Source: an uncultured virus (IMG/VR IMGVR_UViG_3300037245_002282) (taxonomy: Duplodnaviria; Heunggongvirae; Uroviricota; Caudoviricetes). Taken from it: a stretch of 64,000 nt of DNA. Below, piece by piece: positions 28,598-37,799 of the stretch (position 1 is the first letter of the stretch; every line of letters begins with the position of its first letter). A model generated the notes under the pieces. It did not search any database and was not told the DNA's origin. It was given only the letters and a program-made list of their open reading frames with translations. The stretch lies in IMG/VR virus record IMGVR_UViG_3300037245_002282; one strand, given 5' to 3'. Made by a program: the position numbers and the translations under genes.

Positions 28598-29344
28598 TTA
28601 TACAACGGTCGCATCTGAAGTTTTTGTAATTTGTACTATACTTCTGACAACCGCATCGATAGTTTTATAAAATTGAATGGCTCCGACAAATGCATCTATA
28701 GTCTTTGTAAACCTAAATTGTTTTATAAATATAATATCGAAATCCACACCGGCAGCCCGTATTCGATCAACAATCGATCCCACGTATGAAATAACACCAC
28801 CTACACCATCACCACCAACAAAATTCTGATTTAAATAACCCTGATTAGTATTATTCAAAAATATTACAGTTGTAAGATCCTGAGCACCTTCTATTCGAAT
28901 CTCAAAATACAGATTATTACTGTCAAAAGGTTCCACTATCTGAATTGTATCGGCATCCGCAATGAAATATGTGAGAGCATCAATAATAGCCCATCGTGTT
29001 GTTCTTCTTGGATTACTCTGCTGAATTGCAATTGCCCGGTATCGATTCCGGTATATTTCATCCTCTTCCTCTCGATTCCTCCGTGGCAGATTCAGGAAAG
29101 CATTCACAAGAATATCCAAGTTCTCATCTTCAGCTATATCCAGATCGAATGACTGTACATAATAATTTGAAACAGTTCTCAGATATTCCAGTTCATTACA
29201 TAGTGCACCACAATTAAAATCTGAGGACTCATCGATAACCGATTCCGGTGTAAAATCCTCAGTACCTACAAGCGCAGTATAAAACTCTCCATTTTTGTTA
29301 ATAAAATTGGATATTGTTTTATTAAAAGTACTTATGATTCCCAT
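28598..29344 (-). CDS. baseplate wedge protein (gpI/gp7-like)
   Basis: Follows baseplate J; LDIAEDENLD...EEDEIYRNRY; RIRAAGV. Confidence 0.7.
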   Translation of the reverse strand: MGIISTFNKTISNFINKNGEFYTALVGTEDFTPESVIDESSDFNCGALCNELEYLRTVSNYYVQSFDLDIAEDENLDILVNAFLNLPRRNREEEDEIYRNRYRAIAIQQSNPRRTTRWAIIDALTYFIADADTIQIVEPFDSNNLYFEIRIEGAQDLTTVIFLNNTNQGYLNQNFVGGDGVGGVISYVGSIVDRIRAAGVDFDIIFIKQFRFTKTIDAFVGAIQFYKTIDAVVRSIVQITKTSDATVV

Positions 29345-29346
29345 AA

Positions 29347-30426
29347 TTACGCCACCGACACTAAAATTGTGCCTGCACGACCCACCTGCGTAGCAGCTAC
29401 CGTCACATTAACCGACGGAACAGTGAGATCCACATCCACGATTCCATATACACTCATAACAGCCGCAATTATCTCATTATAGATTATATCAACACCTACT
29501 CCCAACGTATTTATATAGGCACTCACAGCATCGACAAGGTCTGTTTCAAGCTGATCTGTATCAATCCCGGATAATATCTCTACTTCCATAGTAATATTCT
29601 GAGTTACAATACTTGGAGCTTTCACCACAACATTCACACCTGCTGATCGATAACCCGGATTATCTTCAGTTCCATCCCCATCAATAATCCCTTGAACTTC
29701 CAATATTTTATCTGCTGTAACCGTAACCGCAGATCCATCATCAACATACAAATCCACATTTACATTACCAACCGGAGGAAATAACTCAACAATAGATACA
29801 CTGGTTATTCCCTCAACACTTAAAGCCCCTGCAATTAACCCGGCTATGTTTGATCGTCCAAGTCCTTCAATAAATGCCTGAAATCTTGTTTTATACGCGA
29901 TATTAGATTCTTGATTTACTCCGCCGGTTGCGGCCAGCGCATTAGTAATGGTATCTATACCTGCAATACTGTCTTCAAGAATTGTAAGGGTTGCACTACC
30001 TATATTATAGGCACTTCCGGTATTTTCAGCTTCACAGGCGACTGAAGCGGAATCAGTCTGACCCGCATCAATAGTACCTGCAATAGTTGTTAAAAAACGC
30101 AAGCCTGAAGGTGTTTTCACACGAGAGCCTATTGGAATGTTAATCAACCCGTTTGCTGCGGCTCTGGAAAAAACTTCATTTACAATCGCCTTGGTACCAT
30201 CTTTCCTTTCAAAATCAAATGCAGTTTCCTGTACATTATCGAGATATCGTCTAAATCCAAGGTATATTCCTACATAAACTTCTTCAATACTAAGTGCAGA
30301 CCCTTCCACAAATGACCTGATAACCGATCCCGGCGAAAGATCAGTAATAGAACTTGAGTTTGCTATAATGTACGCCACCATATCGGAAACGATATCATCA
30401 AATTGTTTTATTGTAAATCCAGCCAT
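29347..30426 (-). CDS. baseplate J-like protein
   Basis: TDLSPGSVIRSFVE; IPIGSRV; AENTGSAYN; TGGVNQES...RF; YRSAGVNV. Confidence 0.9.
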   Translation of the reverse strand: MAGFTIKQFDDIVSDMVAYIIANSSSITDLSPGSVIRSFVEGSALSIEEVYVGIYLGFRRYLDNVQETAFDFERKDGTKAIVNEVFSRAAANGLINIPIGSRVKTPSGLRFLTTIAGTIDAGQTDSASVACEAENTGSAYNIGSATLTILEDSIAGIDTITNALAATGGVNQESNIAYKTRFQAFIEGLGRSNIAGLIAGALSVEGITSVSIVELFPPVGNVNVDLYVDDGSAVTVTADKILEVQGIIDGDGTEDNPGYRSAGVNVVVKAPSIVTQNITMEVEILSGIDTDQLETDLVDAVSAYINTLGVGVDIIYNEIIAAVMSVYGIVDVDLTVPSVNVTVAATQVGRAGTILVSVA

Positions 30427-30438
30427 TACTCTCTCCTC

Positions 30439-32169
30439 TCAAACAGTTACCGTCACAGGGAGACTTTCCTCTGCCCCTATAACATTAACGTCCATACTGA
30501 TATTTAATACGTCAGAATCCAGTGAAACTATCATATTTTCTACAGATTCAATACGTGGATCTTGTGTAAGTGAACTTCTAATTGCTGTTTTCAAATATTT
30601 AATAGCAAGTTCAGTGCCTGCAATTCCAGCTTGTGCCGTAATCCCGAAAGCGCTTTGTTTAATCATACTTCCAGTCATAGTATTAAGTCTGAGATCTATT
30701 GCCTGTTGAACATTTTCAAGACCGCTAATTAAAGACATATTATTATTTTCCTGAATCACGATATTTCCATCCGAATCCAACCGAATATCGGTGCCGTACG
30801 GATCTCTTGTAAAATCTTCAGTAAGAATAAATTTTTCCTTATTGATGCCATCTCCCGGATCAATCTCTATAGGTAAAAAGATCTCAGTACCGGATATTAA
30901 ATCTACATTAGACCCTATATCAGGATTAACAGAAGCAATATATGACCATAAGTTCTCATCTCCCAATTCATTTAAAGCAATTCTCTGAAGTGTATCATCA
31001 CCCTTTATGGTATACACTTTTAATCCCGAATATTCATATGTTTCCAGATTAACCGAACGGGTTACAGTATCCCCTTCAGTATCAACCCCCGCATCTTCTT
31101 CAAGCTCTATCGTATTAGACTGCTGCCATCCCAGACTTATTTGAAACCCGTAAGTCTTTAATGCCTGTATTATAGTTTCTCTAAAAAGTTCTTGAGCACT
31201 TACATATCTTTCAAAAGTAATCTTACCGGCTTGATAAGTATCATACAAAGTACCTGTTGCCGTCATCCCGATATCAATCATATTCTTAGCAATATCCAAC
31301 GGAGCTGTCAGTACCTTTGTGACCTGAGTTAAAAACTTATTATACCTTGAGCGTAATTCAAGTACTTTAGCCTTCAAAAGAGCTACAGAGTTTAAAATAC
31401 TTTTAACATCCTGATATAAATCTTCCAGCTTATCCAAAAAATTATCAGCATCATCAAGAGCGCTTATCGGATCTTTAGATATATTGATAATTTTCCCTTT
31501 TTTAATTTTAACTTTATCCAGTTTTTCATATACAAATAAACTTATTGTAAAAGGATACCTGAGAGGATTATCAGAATTACGGTCCAATGTAAAATCAAGA
31601 AGAATACATTTATATGCTTGTTCATCAGCAAGATCATAAACTCTAAGTTCCCATTTATCCCAATCATTCTTATCCTTATACCGCATAATTTTATCACGAA
31701 ACTCATAAAAAGCATTTTTACCGGTAAACCCCGCACTGTTACTACTAGCCGTTCCAGCACCACTTACCGCTGAAGCAATATCGGTAAAGGCACTTGTCGC
31801 GGTATTTGAATATGTCGGAAATACATGAGTAGTTCCTGAAATTGCTTTAAGTGTTATCTGAATATTATCCGCCCCGTATTCATCCACAAAAGCATTTCCG
31901 AATGTTTTTGTAATCGAAGTTCGCTGAGGTTCCTTAATAGCTAAACTTGAAGGGGGAAGTAAAAGTGTAAAGGATTGAATAACATTTCCAGTTAATTTTT
32001 CTACTATCTCAAATAACCAGCTTTTACTTAAAGGGGAATCGAGAGATCCCCGTGCCGCATTAGTTCCATATTTTGAAGCATTACTATCTCTCGGCTGGCC
32101 TGTTCTAAAATTAGTCTTCCCAGCTCCGGGTTGAGGTCCGGCTAATTCAAAAAGATTAAAATCACTCAT
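30439..32169 (-). CDS. baseplate protein: tube-initiator-like N-terminus, LysM, C-terminal gp25-like domain
   Basis: LLPPSSL..KEPQR...KT; YTIKGDDTLQRIALNELGD (LysM); GTDI...GLENVQQAIDLRLNT..G...FG...QDPRIESV. Confidence 0.75.
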   Translation of the reverse strand: MSDFNLFELAGPQPGAGKTNFRTGQPRDSNASKYGTNAARGSLDSPLSKSWLFEIVEKLTGNVIQSFTLLLPPSSLAIKEPQRTSITKTFGNAFVDEYGADNIQITLKAISGTTHVFPTYSNTATSAFTDIASAVSGAGTASSNSAGFTGKNAFYEFRDKIMRYKDKNDWDKWELRVYDLADEQAYKCILLDFTLDRNSDNPLRYPFTISLFVYEKLDKVKIKKGKIINISKDPISALDDADNFLDKLEDLYQDVKSILNSVALLKAKVLELRSRYNKFLTQVTKVLTAPLDIAKNMIDIGMTATGTLYDTYQAGKITFERYVSAQELFRETIIQALKTYGFQISLGWQQSNTIELEEDAGVDTEGDTVTRSVNLETYEYSGLKVYTIKGDDTLQRIALNELGDENLWSYIASVNPDIGSNVDLISGTEIFLPIEIDPGDGINKEKFILTEDFTRDPYGTDIRLDSDGNIVIQENNNMSLISGLENVQQAIDLRLNTMTGSMIKQSAFGITAQAGIAGTELAIKYLKTAIRSSLTQDPRIESVENMIVSLDSDVLNISMDVNVIGAEESLPVTVTV

Positions 32170-32549
32170 TCTGCACTATCCTTTATCTGTCCGGCATCCG
32201 TGATCTTGAACGCCTCGGTAAACGGTGTCGGTGTACCGCTAATAGTACCTGTCATCGCAGCGGCAGCAACCTGATCATCAACACGCATTACTTTACTTCC
32301 TTCTGCACTTACTTTCACCGCTGTTGCAATTATTGTAGCAGGTCCAACAGTTACAACCGTCCCCGGATCATATCCAGAAGCATTAGCACCTGCGACTACA
32401 AACGTCAAAGGAGTCTTATATGCCCCTTTTCCTTCAGGTAATAATTTCAATGAAGGAATACTCGTAATAGTCAGCGATCCGGCTCCGATACTAACAATAC
32501 CTTGCGGATCTATCGTACAGCTATTAACCGCAATCAATTTCAGAGCCAT
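32166..32549 (-). CDS. probable spike tip (PAAR-like) protein
   Basis: Small beta-rich protein after the spike; KVSAEGSKVMRVDD...ITDAGQ. Confidence 0.55.
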   Translation of the reverse strand: MALKLIAVNSCTIDPQGIVSIGAGSLTITSIPSLKLLPEGKGAYKTPLTFVVAGANASGYDPGTVVTVGPATIIATAVKVSAEGSKVMRVDDQVAAAAMTGTISGTPTPFTEAFKITDAGQIKDSAE

Positions 32550-33205
32550 TAGATAAGTACCTCCAAGTTCCCATTTATCGTCACTTTTCCTGAAGTCATC
32601 GTAATATCGTTTCCATTTTTATCTTCAATAAGAATACCTGTAGAAGATAAGGTCAAAACATTAGGTGTTCCCTGAGCATCTGAAACTATAATTTTACTAT
32701 TTGCCTCATCAATATGAATAAACATTCCACTTGGTGTCTCTATACTTATTGTACCATCCTCTTCGACCAGAAGAGAAGTCCCTGATTTAAAGATGTACTT
32801 ATCTTCGAGTGGCTTGTTTTCTTCCAGCATCGTTGTTGCAAATTGTTTATTTTCAGAATTAACTGGGGCTTTACCAAACTCAGGAGCCAAATACGGAATA
32901 ACGGTACCTACAATTACTTTATGCCGAGTTCCATAAGAAGCATATATTACTACTACATAATCTTTATTAGCAGGTAGACTAACAGTACCATACGGAGCAC
33001 CATCAATAGTCCCAGCACTTGTCATAACTGGAATATTATGAAGCAGTTGACCATCGTGAGTCTTTAGATCACAAGTCATACGCTGAGAATAAACTTTAGT
33101 TACTTGAGCGATAAACGCAGACCGGTCATGAGGTGCCATAGTAGTTCGAAGAGGGAATTGAACAGCACTCTGATTTACCTGTACATCTCGCTTCTGTTTT
33201 CTCAC
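32549..33205 (-). CDS. baseplate central spike (gpV-like)
   Basis: OB-fold N-terminus (AQVTKV...LPANKDYVVV) and beta repeats (SGTSLLVEEDG, NGNDITM, INGNLEV). Confidence 0.75.
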   Translation of the reverse strand: MRKQKRDVQVNQSAVQFPLRTTMAPHDRSAFIAQVTKVYSQRMTCDLKTHDGQLLHNIPVMTSAGTIDGAPYGTVSLPANKDYVVVIYASYGTRHKVIVGTVIPYLAPEFGKAPVNSENKQFATTMLEENKPLEDKYIFKSGTSLLVEEDGTISIETPSGMFIHIDEANSKIIVSDAQGTPNVLTLSSTGILIEDKNGNDITMTSGKVTINGNLEVLI

Positions 33206-34596
33206 GATATTGCATTCCTTCTAAATATTCTGTCCTTCAATTCAATCGGCTTAGTTCTATTAAAACCACGAGTTACCGTGAGATTACTTTTCAGGGCCCC
33301 CCGATACTGCCACGTGTGGGCAATACCTTCCACATAAAAGAATCCATCAATACCATATACTGAGATTTTATCACCTATTGCCGGATCATCATCTGCATTT
33401 GAAGGGACCATATGAGTAATAGCACCTGAAAGATAATTTTCATTATCTGTAAACCAGTTAAGCAGCGTTATAGCTGCTTCTTTACTAATTGTTTCTGCCG
33501 CCCCTTGTGTAATATCCCTTTCTTCACCGACAATATCTTCTACACGGGTATAAAACAACTCTGTAATCAACGGTCTGAATAGATACTTACCCACAAGCGG
33601 TTTATCAACTTCCGCCTGTCCCAACAAAAGACGGGCAAGATCGGAAAGCTCGAAAGCAGGCTGCTTCACAGAATAAAATGTGTAGACTTCATCCATACTT
33701 TTAGCTAAATCAAACTGAATGAGATGATCTTTATCAATCCGTTTAACAGGAAGACTATCAAAAGCATTTCCTATAACTCCATTAGTCTTAGTTCCATTAA
33801 AAGGTGTTTCCCGAAATACCAGACACGCTTTTTCAGGAAGTGTTACATCCTTACTATCAATTGACACTTTTCTCGGACCATTATCAATCCAAAACTCGTT
33901 AAATGGTTTTTGAACTAATTGTTCGGCCAACTGCCAGAATGTGAGAGTCTGTTCTGTACCATTAAAAAGTTCAAACGTTCTAGGTATAGCCGGAGCCAGA
34001 CTACTAGTAAGCCCTGAACTAATATCTAAATATGTATCTATATAAGTTAAAAACTTAGTCGCATCAATAGCTGTCAAATAATCTTCAAAAGCAATGATCA
34101 GAACCGTAATCATTTCCGCAAAAGTTACCCCGTCAATAGATGCGTCAAGAATTGCTTTACTCAAGGCAGCCGCAGCATCAATCAAGCCGTCAGATTCAAG
34201 GCCTAAAGCAGTTCCCAGTCCAAGACCTACATTTGCAGTAACAAGTAAACCACCAAACTGTTGACAGGTAAGGGTAGCGGTTCTCAAAGGTTTTCCGTCA
34301 GAAGCATTTATTGATCCCTGATAGGAAACCCGTGTTATAAATCCCAAAAACTTTAACGTCCCAAACTCATATATTCGAATAACATCCATAAGACTGAGTA
34401 TATCTAAAATATGAGTATCTGCACTTTGTGGAAGAACAGCTAATTGACATGACCCTTGAGGATTCTTAATAGTTTTCTGAAATCGATAATTCATAATATC
34501 CGGGGTAACATCAAGAGTATCTTTCTTATTTCCGGCAGGCCATTCCCACCGGTCAATCTCTACTCTTATATCCATTCGTCTTATTGTATCTGACAT
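33202..34596 (-). CDS. baseplate hub (gp27-like)
   Basis: Follows tape measure; PFNEFWID, FRETPF, IGDKI...FYVEGIAHTW...LTVTRG. Confidence 0.75.
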   Translation of the reverse strand: MSDTIRRMDIRVEIDRWEWPAGNKKDTLDVTPDIMNYRFQKTIKNPQGSCQLAVLPQSADTHILDILSLMDVIRIYEFGTLKFLGFITRVSYQGSINASDGKPLRTATLTCQQFGGLLVTANVGLGLGTALGLESDGLIDAAAALSKAILDASIDGVTFAEMITVLIIAFEDYLTAIDATKFLTYIDTYLDISSGLTSSLAPAIPRTFELFNGTEQTLTFWQLAEQLVQKPFNEFWIDNGPRKVSIDSKDVTLPEKACLVFRETPFNGTKTNGVIGNAFDSLPVKRIDKDHLIQFDLAKSMDEVYTFYSVKQPAFELSDLARLLLGQAEVDKPLVGKYLFRPLITELFYTRVEDIVGEERDITQGAAETISKEAAITLLNWFTDNENYLSGAITHMVPSNADDDPAIGDKISVYGIDGFFYVEGIAHTWQYRGALKSNLTVTRGFNRTKPIELKDRIFRRNAIS

Positions 34597-36644
34597 TAGT
34601 TACCCACCGTTGGAATGTCTATTCCACCATCTGTAAATACTATACCCGATTCACTTAATAAAGTTACAAGCTCTCGAATTGCCGCAGATAGATCAGTCTC
34701 AGTTATTAAGTTTCTCTCATAAAATTGTCTAAGTATAGGATCAATTATGGCATTGATCTCACTTTTTTCTCTTGATTTAGCTTTAATATCCCATATGCCA
34801 AGACCTTCAACAGCTTCTTTATTAACCTGACCACTAACCGCAATTAAAATATCCTTGAGTACAGTATTAAAATCACCCATAGAAGGTCCAAACGGTGCAA
34901 AACCACCTTCTTGTACACGAGTCCAAGTTGAACTATACGCTGGGGTAGCCTTATAAATATCCCCTATTTGATTTTGTAAGGATATATTTTCACGAAGTAT
35001 CCTAATAGTAGACATACTCTCAGCTCCACCCGGAATCTGCATTCGAGCCTCTATAGAACTAAAATCCTTAACCGTTAAAGTCGCCTCTGCAATTTCAGCC
35101 TCAAGATTACTCACATTTTGTACCGTTAGGTTGTTAATATCCTTAAGCGCAGATTCAATAAGATCTCGACGTACACCCCCAAACATAACATTAGTTGCAT
35201 CTGTACTGATCGGTGTCCCTTTTAGCCATGTAGAAAATTCACCGAGCATTGAGGTTATTTCTAAAGAAGCATCCTGAACATTTTTAAGCAATTCAATCTG
35301 TCGGGCTGCTACTGTTTTTCTGGCTGGATCAGCATCCACAAGGTTACCTGCTTCATCAAATATTTTCCCGCGAACTCCGGCAGTAGTAATTGTTTCATCA
35401 GCCGCAAGTGCTCTCTGAGTATTAAGCCATCCGACAGCGGTACCCATAGAAGTACCCTCACCTAAATAACTCTGTGCTCTCATTCTCAAGAGATCTGTAT
35501 TCCCACCTGCAACCCTTTTAAGATGTTGGTATACCGCAGCATTAGTACCTTCGGTATCCGATTCCATCCCAAGCAGTACATCAGTAATACTTAAATTAGG
35601 ATTAAGATTTCGTATAGCCTGAAATGCTATAATATCTTCCGGTCGCTGTAATTGAGCTGCATTCTGAGCACGAGCCGTGGCGGTCTGACTCAAAGCCACA
35701 GCACCTGTTGGAGACAATCCGCCAAACTGAACATATCCAGACAATGCGGTACTCCGTCGTTCCAAATCCTCTTGAGATAACTTAATCCCGCTGGTCATAG
35801 CATCTTCAATAGTTCTATTCAATTCTGTGAAAAATGTTCCAAGGCTTCCACGCCCAAATGCCCCAGCACCTGCTGCCATGGTTCCATATTCCATACTGAC
35901 CCCGGCCCGCTGAGTAGCACCTAAAAGCTGTCCAAGTAATCCGGGATCAACACCTGTCCCGGCAGCTACATCGGCAAATAAACCAAATTGTCCTGCTGTG
36001 CCTGCTGTAAACTGAGCACCCGAAGCACTGGCTGATGTCATAAGCGCATTCACCATACCGATAGGAACCCCGGATCTTCCGAGTTCAGTCATATAATTTT
36101 GAGTATTTGCATATGTAGCACCAAGGCGCTGGGATATACCACCGCCAAAAACATTTTCCATACGACCATACGAACTTTCTGCAAACTTCTGTATTCCCAT
36201 AGCACCCGCCCCGAGTGCCAGAAGAGCAATACCTAAACCGCCGCCTAAAGCACCCGCCGCCAGATTAGCAGCGCCGCCAAGTGCTGCACCGCCACGCCCG
36301 GCACCTGCGGCCTCCGCTGTAGAAAAAACACCCCCGACCTGACTTGGACGGAGACCGCTATTATAACCTTGATTAGAGTTTTGTCGTCGATTGGCTTGTT
36401 CCTGATAATCTCTATTACGAGTTTCACGAGCTGCTACATCTGCATTAGATTGCCCACCTGCCATAACACCACTATTCGGAGCTGTTGCTTTTGAAAAAGG
36501 ATCTCCGCCACCAATAGCACCCGGTGACAACCCTTTTGCTGCGGCTGCCACCTGATCATACGCGTCTTTAAGTTTTCGTATTTCTCGTGCCGCTTGATCT
36601 GCGCCCTGAGCTTCAACTTTAATTCGGCTGACAATATCCGGCAT
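34596..36644 (-). CDS. tape measure protein
   Basis: Gly/Ala-rich helical 682 aa after the chaperones; hydrophobic GGGLGIALLALGAG segment. Confidence 0.8.
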   Translation of the reverse strand: MPDIVSRIKVEAQGADQAAREIRKLKDAYDQVAAAAKGLSPGAIGGGDPFSKATAPNSGVMAGGQSNADVAARETRNRDYQEQANRRQNSNQGYNSGLRPSQVGGVFSTAEAAGAGRGGAALGGAANLAAGALGGGLGIALLALGAGAMGIQKFAESSYGRMENVFGGGISQRLGATYANTQNYMTELGRSGVPIGMVNALMTSASASGAQFTAGTAGQFGLFADVAAGTGVDPGLLGQLLGATQRAGVSMEYGTMAAGAGAFGRGSLGTFFTELNRTIEDAMTSGIKLSQEDLERRSTALSGYVQFGGLSPTGAVALSQTATARAQNAAQLQRPEDIIAFQAIRNLNPNLSITDVLLGMESDTEGTNAAVYQHLKRVAGGNTDLLRMRAQSYLGEGTSMGTAVGWLNTQRALAADETITTAGVRGKIFDEAGNLVDADPARKTVAARQIELLKNVQDASLEITSMLGEFSTWLKGTPISTDATNVMFGGVRRDLIESALKDINNLTVQNVSNLEAEIAEATLTVKDFSSIEARMQIPGGAESMSTIRILRENISLQNQIGDIYKATPAYSSTWTRVQEGGFAPFGPSMGDFNTVLKDILIAVSGQVNKEAVEGLGIWDIKAKSREKSEINAIIDPILRQFYERNLITETDLSAAIRELVTLLSESGIVFTDGGIDIPTVGN

Positions 36645-36948
36645 TATTTAACTGCTCCTTCATCCGCTCGATCTGATCCGGTGTATACCCTACTCTCGCA
36701 AAGTTTTTCTCTGCTGTATCATCGATCACAGGATCACCTGCTTTCCCATCATGAAAACGTTTTATCTGTTCCGAAGACGGTAATTCAGTCCAACCATAAA
36801 ATAATAAAGTTTTCTGATTTTCAGTTAACTTTTTATACCTGTCATCAGTCGGCAACACTTTAAAATGATGCATGATCCATAAATCAAGACTTTCATCCTT
36901 TGCTATTGTCTTTAAATCCGCCCGATCTAAGTTTTGCTTGAAAATCAC
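36619..36948 (-). CDS. tail assembly chaperone, downstream (T-like) frame
   Basis: LWIMHHFKVLPTDDRYKKLTENQK; overlaps the upstream chaperone in the +1 frame; no clear RBS. Confidence 0.65.
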   Translation of the reverse strand: MIFKQNLDRADLKTIAKDESLDLWIMHHFKVLPTDDRYKKLTENQKTLLFYGWTELPSSEQIKRFHDGKAGDPVIDDTAEKNFARVGYTPDQIERMKEQLNNAGYCQPN

Positions 36949-37273
36949 TGCGGAATCTCAAATACGCAGTGTACAGCGCCCCTATGCACGCCTCGTCATA
37001 ACAAGTCCAAGCGGATTTAAACCACTCCGGGGACTCTTCGCGGACGACAAGGTTATCCGCATACGATGTTGCTTCCACAAGCGCGAGATGATCTGCTGGA
37101 TACGTATCTCTTGCATACCCTCCGAGCTTCCTTGAGATATCTGCTTCTATTCCTGCTTTTTCAAATGGGGTGGGATACTTCAGTATAAAAACTTCACCGT
37201 TGTACTCTACTTCAAACTTTAGATCATCTTCATGAATAATCTGTTGGCCTAATCTAATATCATTTTTCGCCAT
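36893..37273 (-). CDS. tail assembly chaperone (G-like)
   Basis: Between tube and tape measure; GAGGAG RBS; ESPEWF...LYTAYLRF. Confidence 0.75.
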   Translation of the reverse strand: MAKNDIRLGQQIIHEDDLKFEVEYNGEVFILKYPTPFEKAGIEADISRKLGGYARDTYPADHLALVEATSYADNLVVREESPEWFKSAWTCYDEACIGALYTAYLRFRSDFQAKLRSGGFKDNSKG

Positions 37274-37290
37274 TTTTATCTCCTCTTCTC

Positions 37291-37331
37291 AAAAGGAAAA
37301 CTTGATAAGGCTGGCAACCTCATCAAGTTTT
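37291..37331 (-). terminator. intrinsic terminator after the tail tube gene
   Basis: AAAACTTGATGAGGTT-GCC-AGCCTTATCAAGTTTT followed by CCTTTT. Confidence 0.7.
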
Positions 37332-37340
37332 AAACGATGG

Positions 37341-37790
37341 TTAAGTCGTACGCTCCACACTCATCATCCGCAGATTCGCAGTAACATAGCTATTTGGCGT
37401 GATCTGAACCCCATTACTCGCTATCATTACCTTTCGGAACTGATTCACAAGTTCTCCGGTCGCGGTATTCAGGAATTGAAGCACATCAAACTCACCCGGC
37501 TTTCCGTCATTCGACTGCACCTGACTTCGCGTCGGTATAAACTCAGCCAGAGCGACAGCGCCGCCATCAGGCCAAGGTCCTTCACCCGGTCTCTCCGGGA
37601 TAAATGTTGATAAAGTAACCGTACATGAATATCCCTGTGAATCATAGTCAACAGGACCGTGATAATTCAGGACATTGGCCGGATTAACGGCCCAGTCTTC
37701 ATCGTAAGATGCACCAGTTGATAAGCCAACTGGCTGCCCGTTAATAAGAACTTGTACCCATGCCCCGCCTACAATGAGCTTTTGAGCCAT
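37341..37790 (-). CDS. tail tube protein
   Basis: 149 aa directly after the sheath; VLINGQPVG...; AGGAGG RBS. Confidence 0.8.
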   Translation of the reverse strand: MAQKLIVGGAWVQVLINGQPVGLSTGASYDEDWAVNPANVLNYHGPVDYDSQGYSCTVTLSTFIPERPGEGPWPDGGAVALAEFIPTRSQVQSNDGKPGEFDVLQFLNTATGELVNQFRKVMIASNGVQITPNSYVTANLRMMSVERTT

Positions 37791-37799
37791 ATAATCCTC

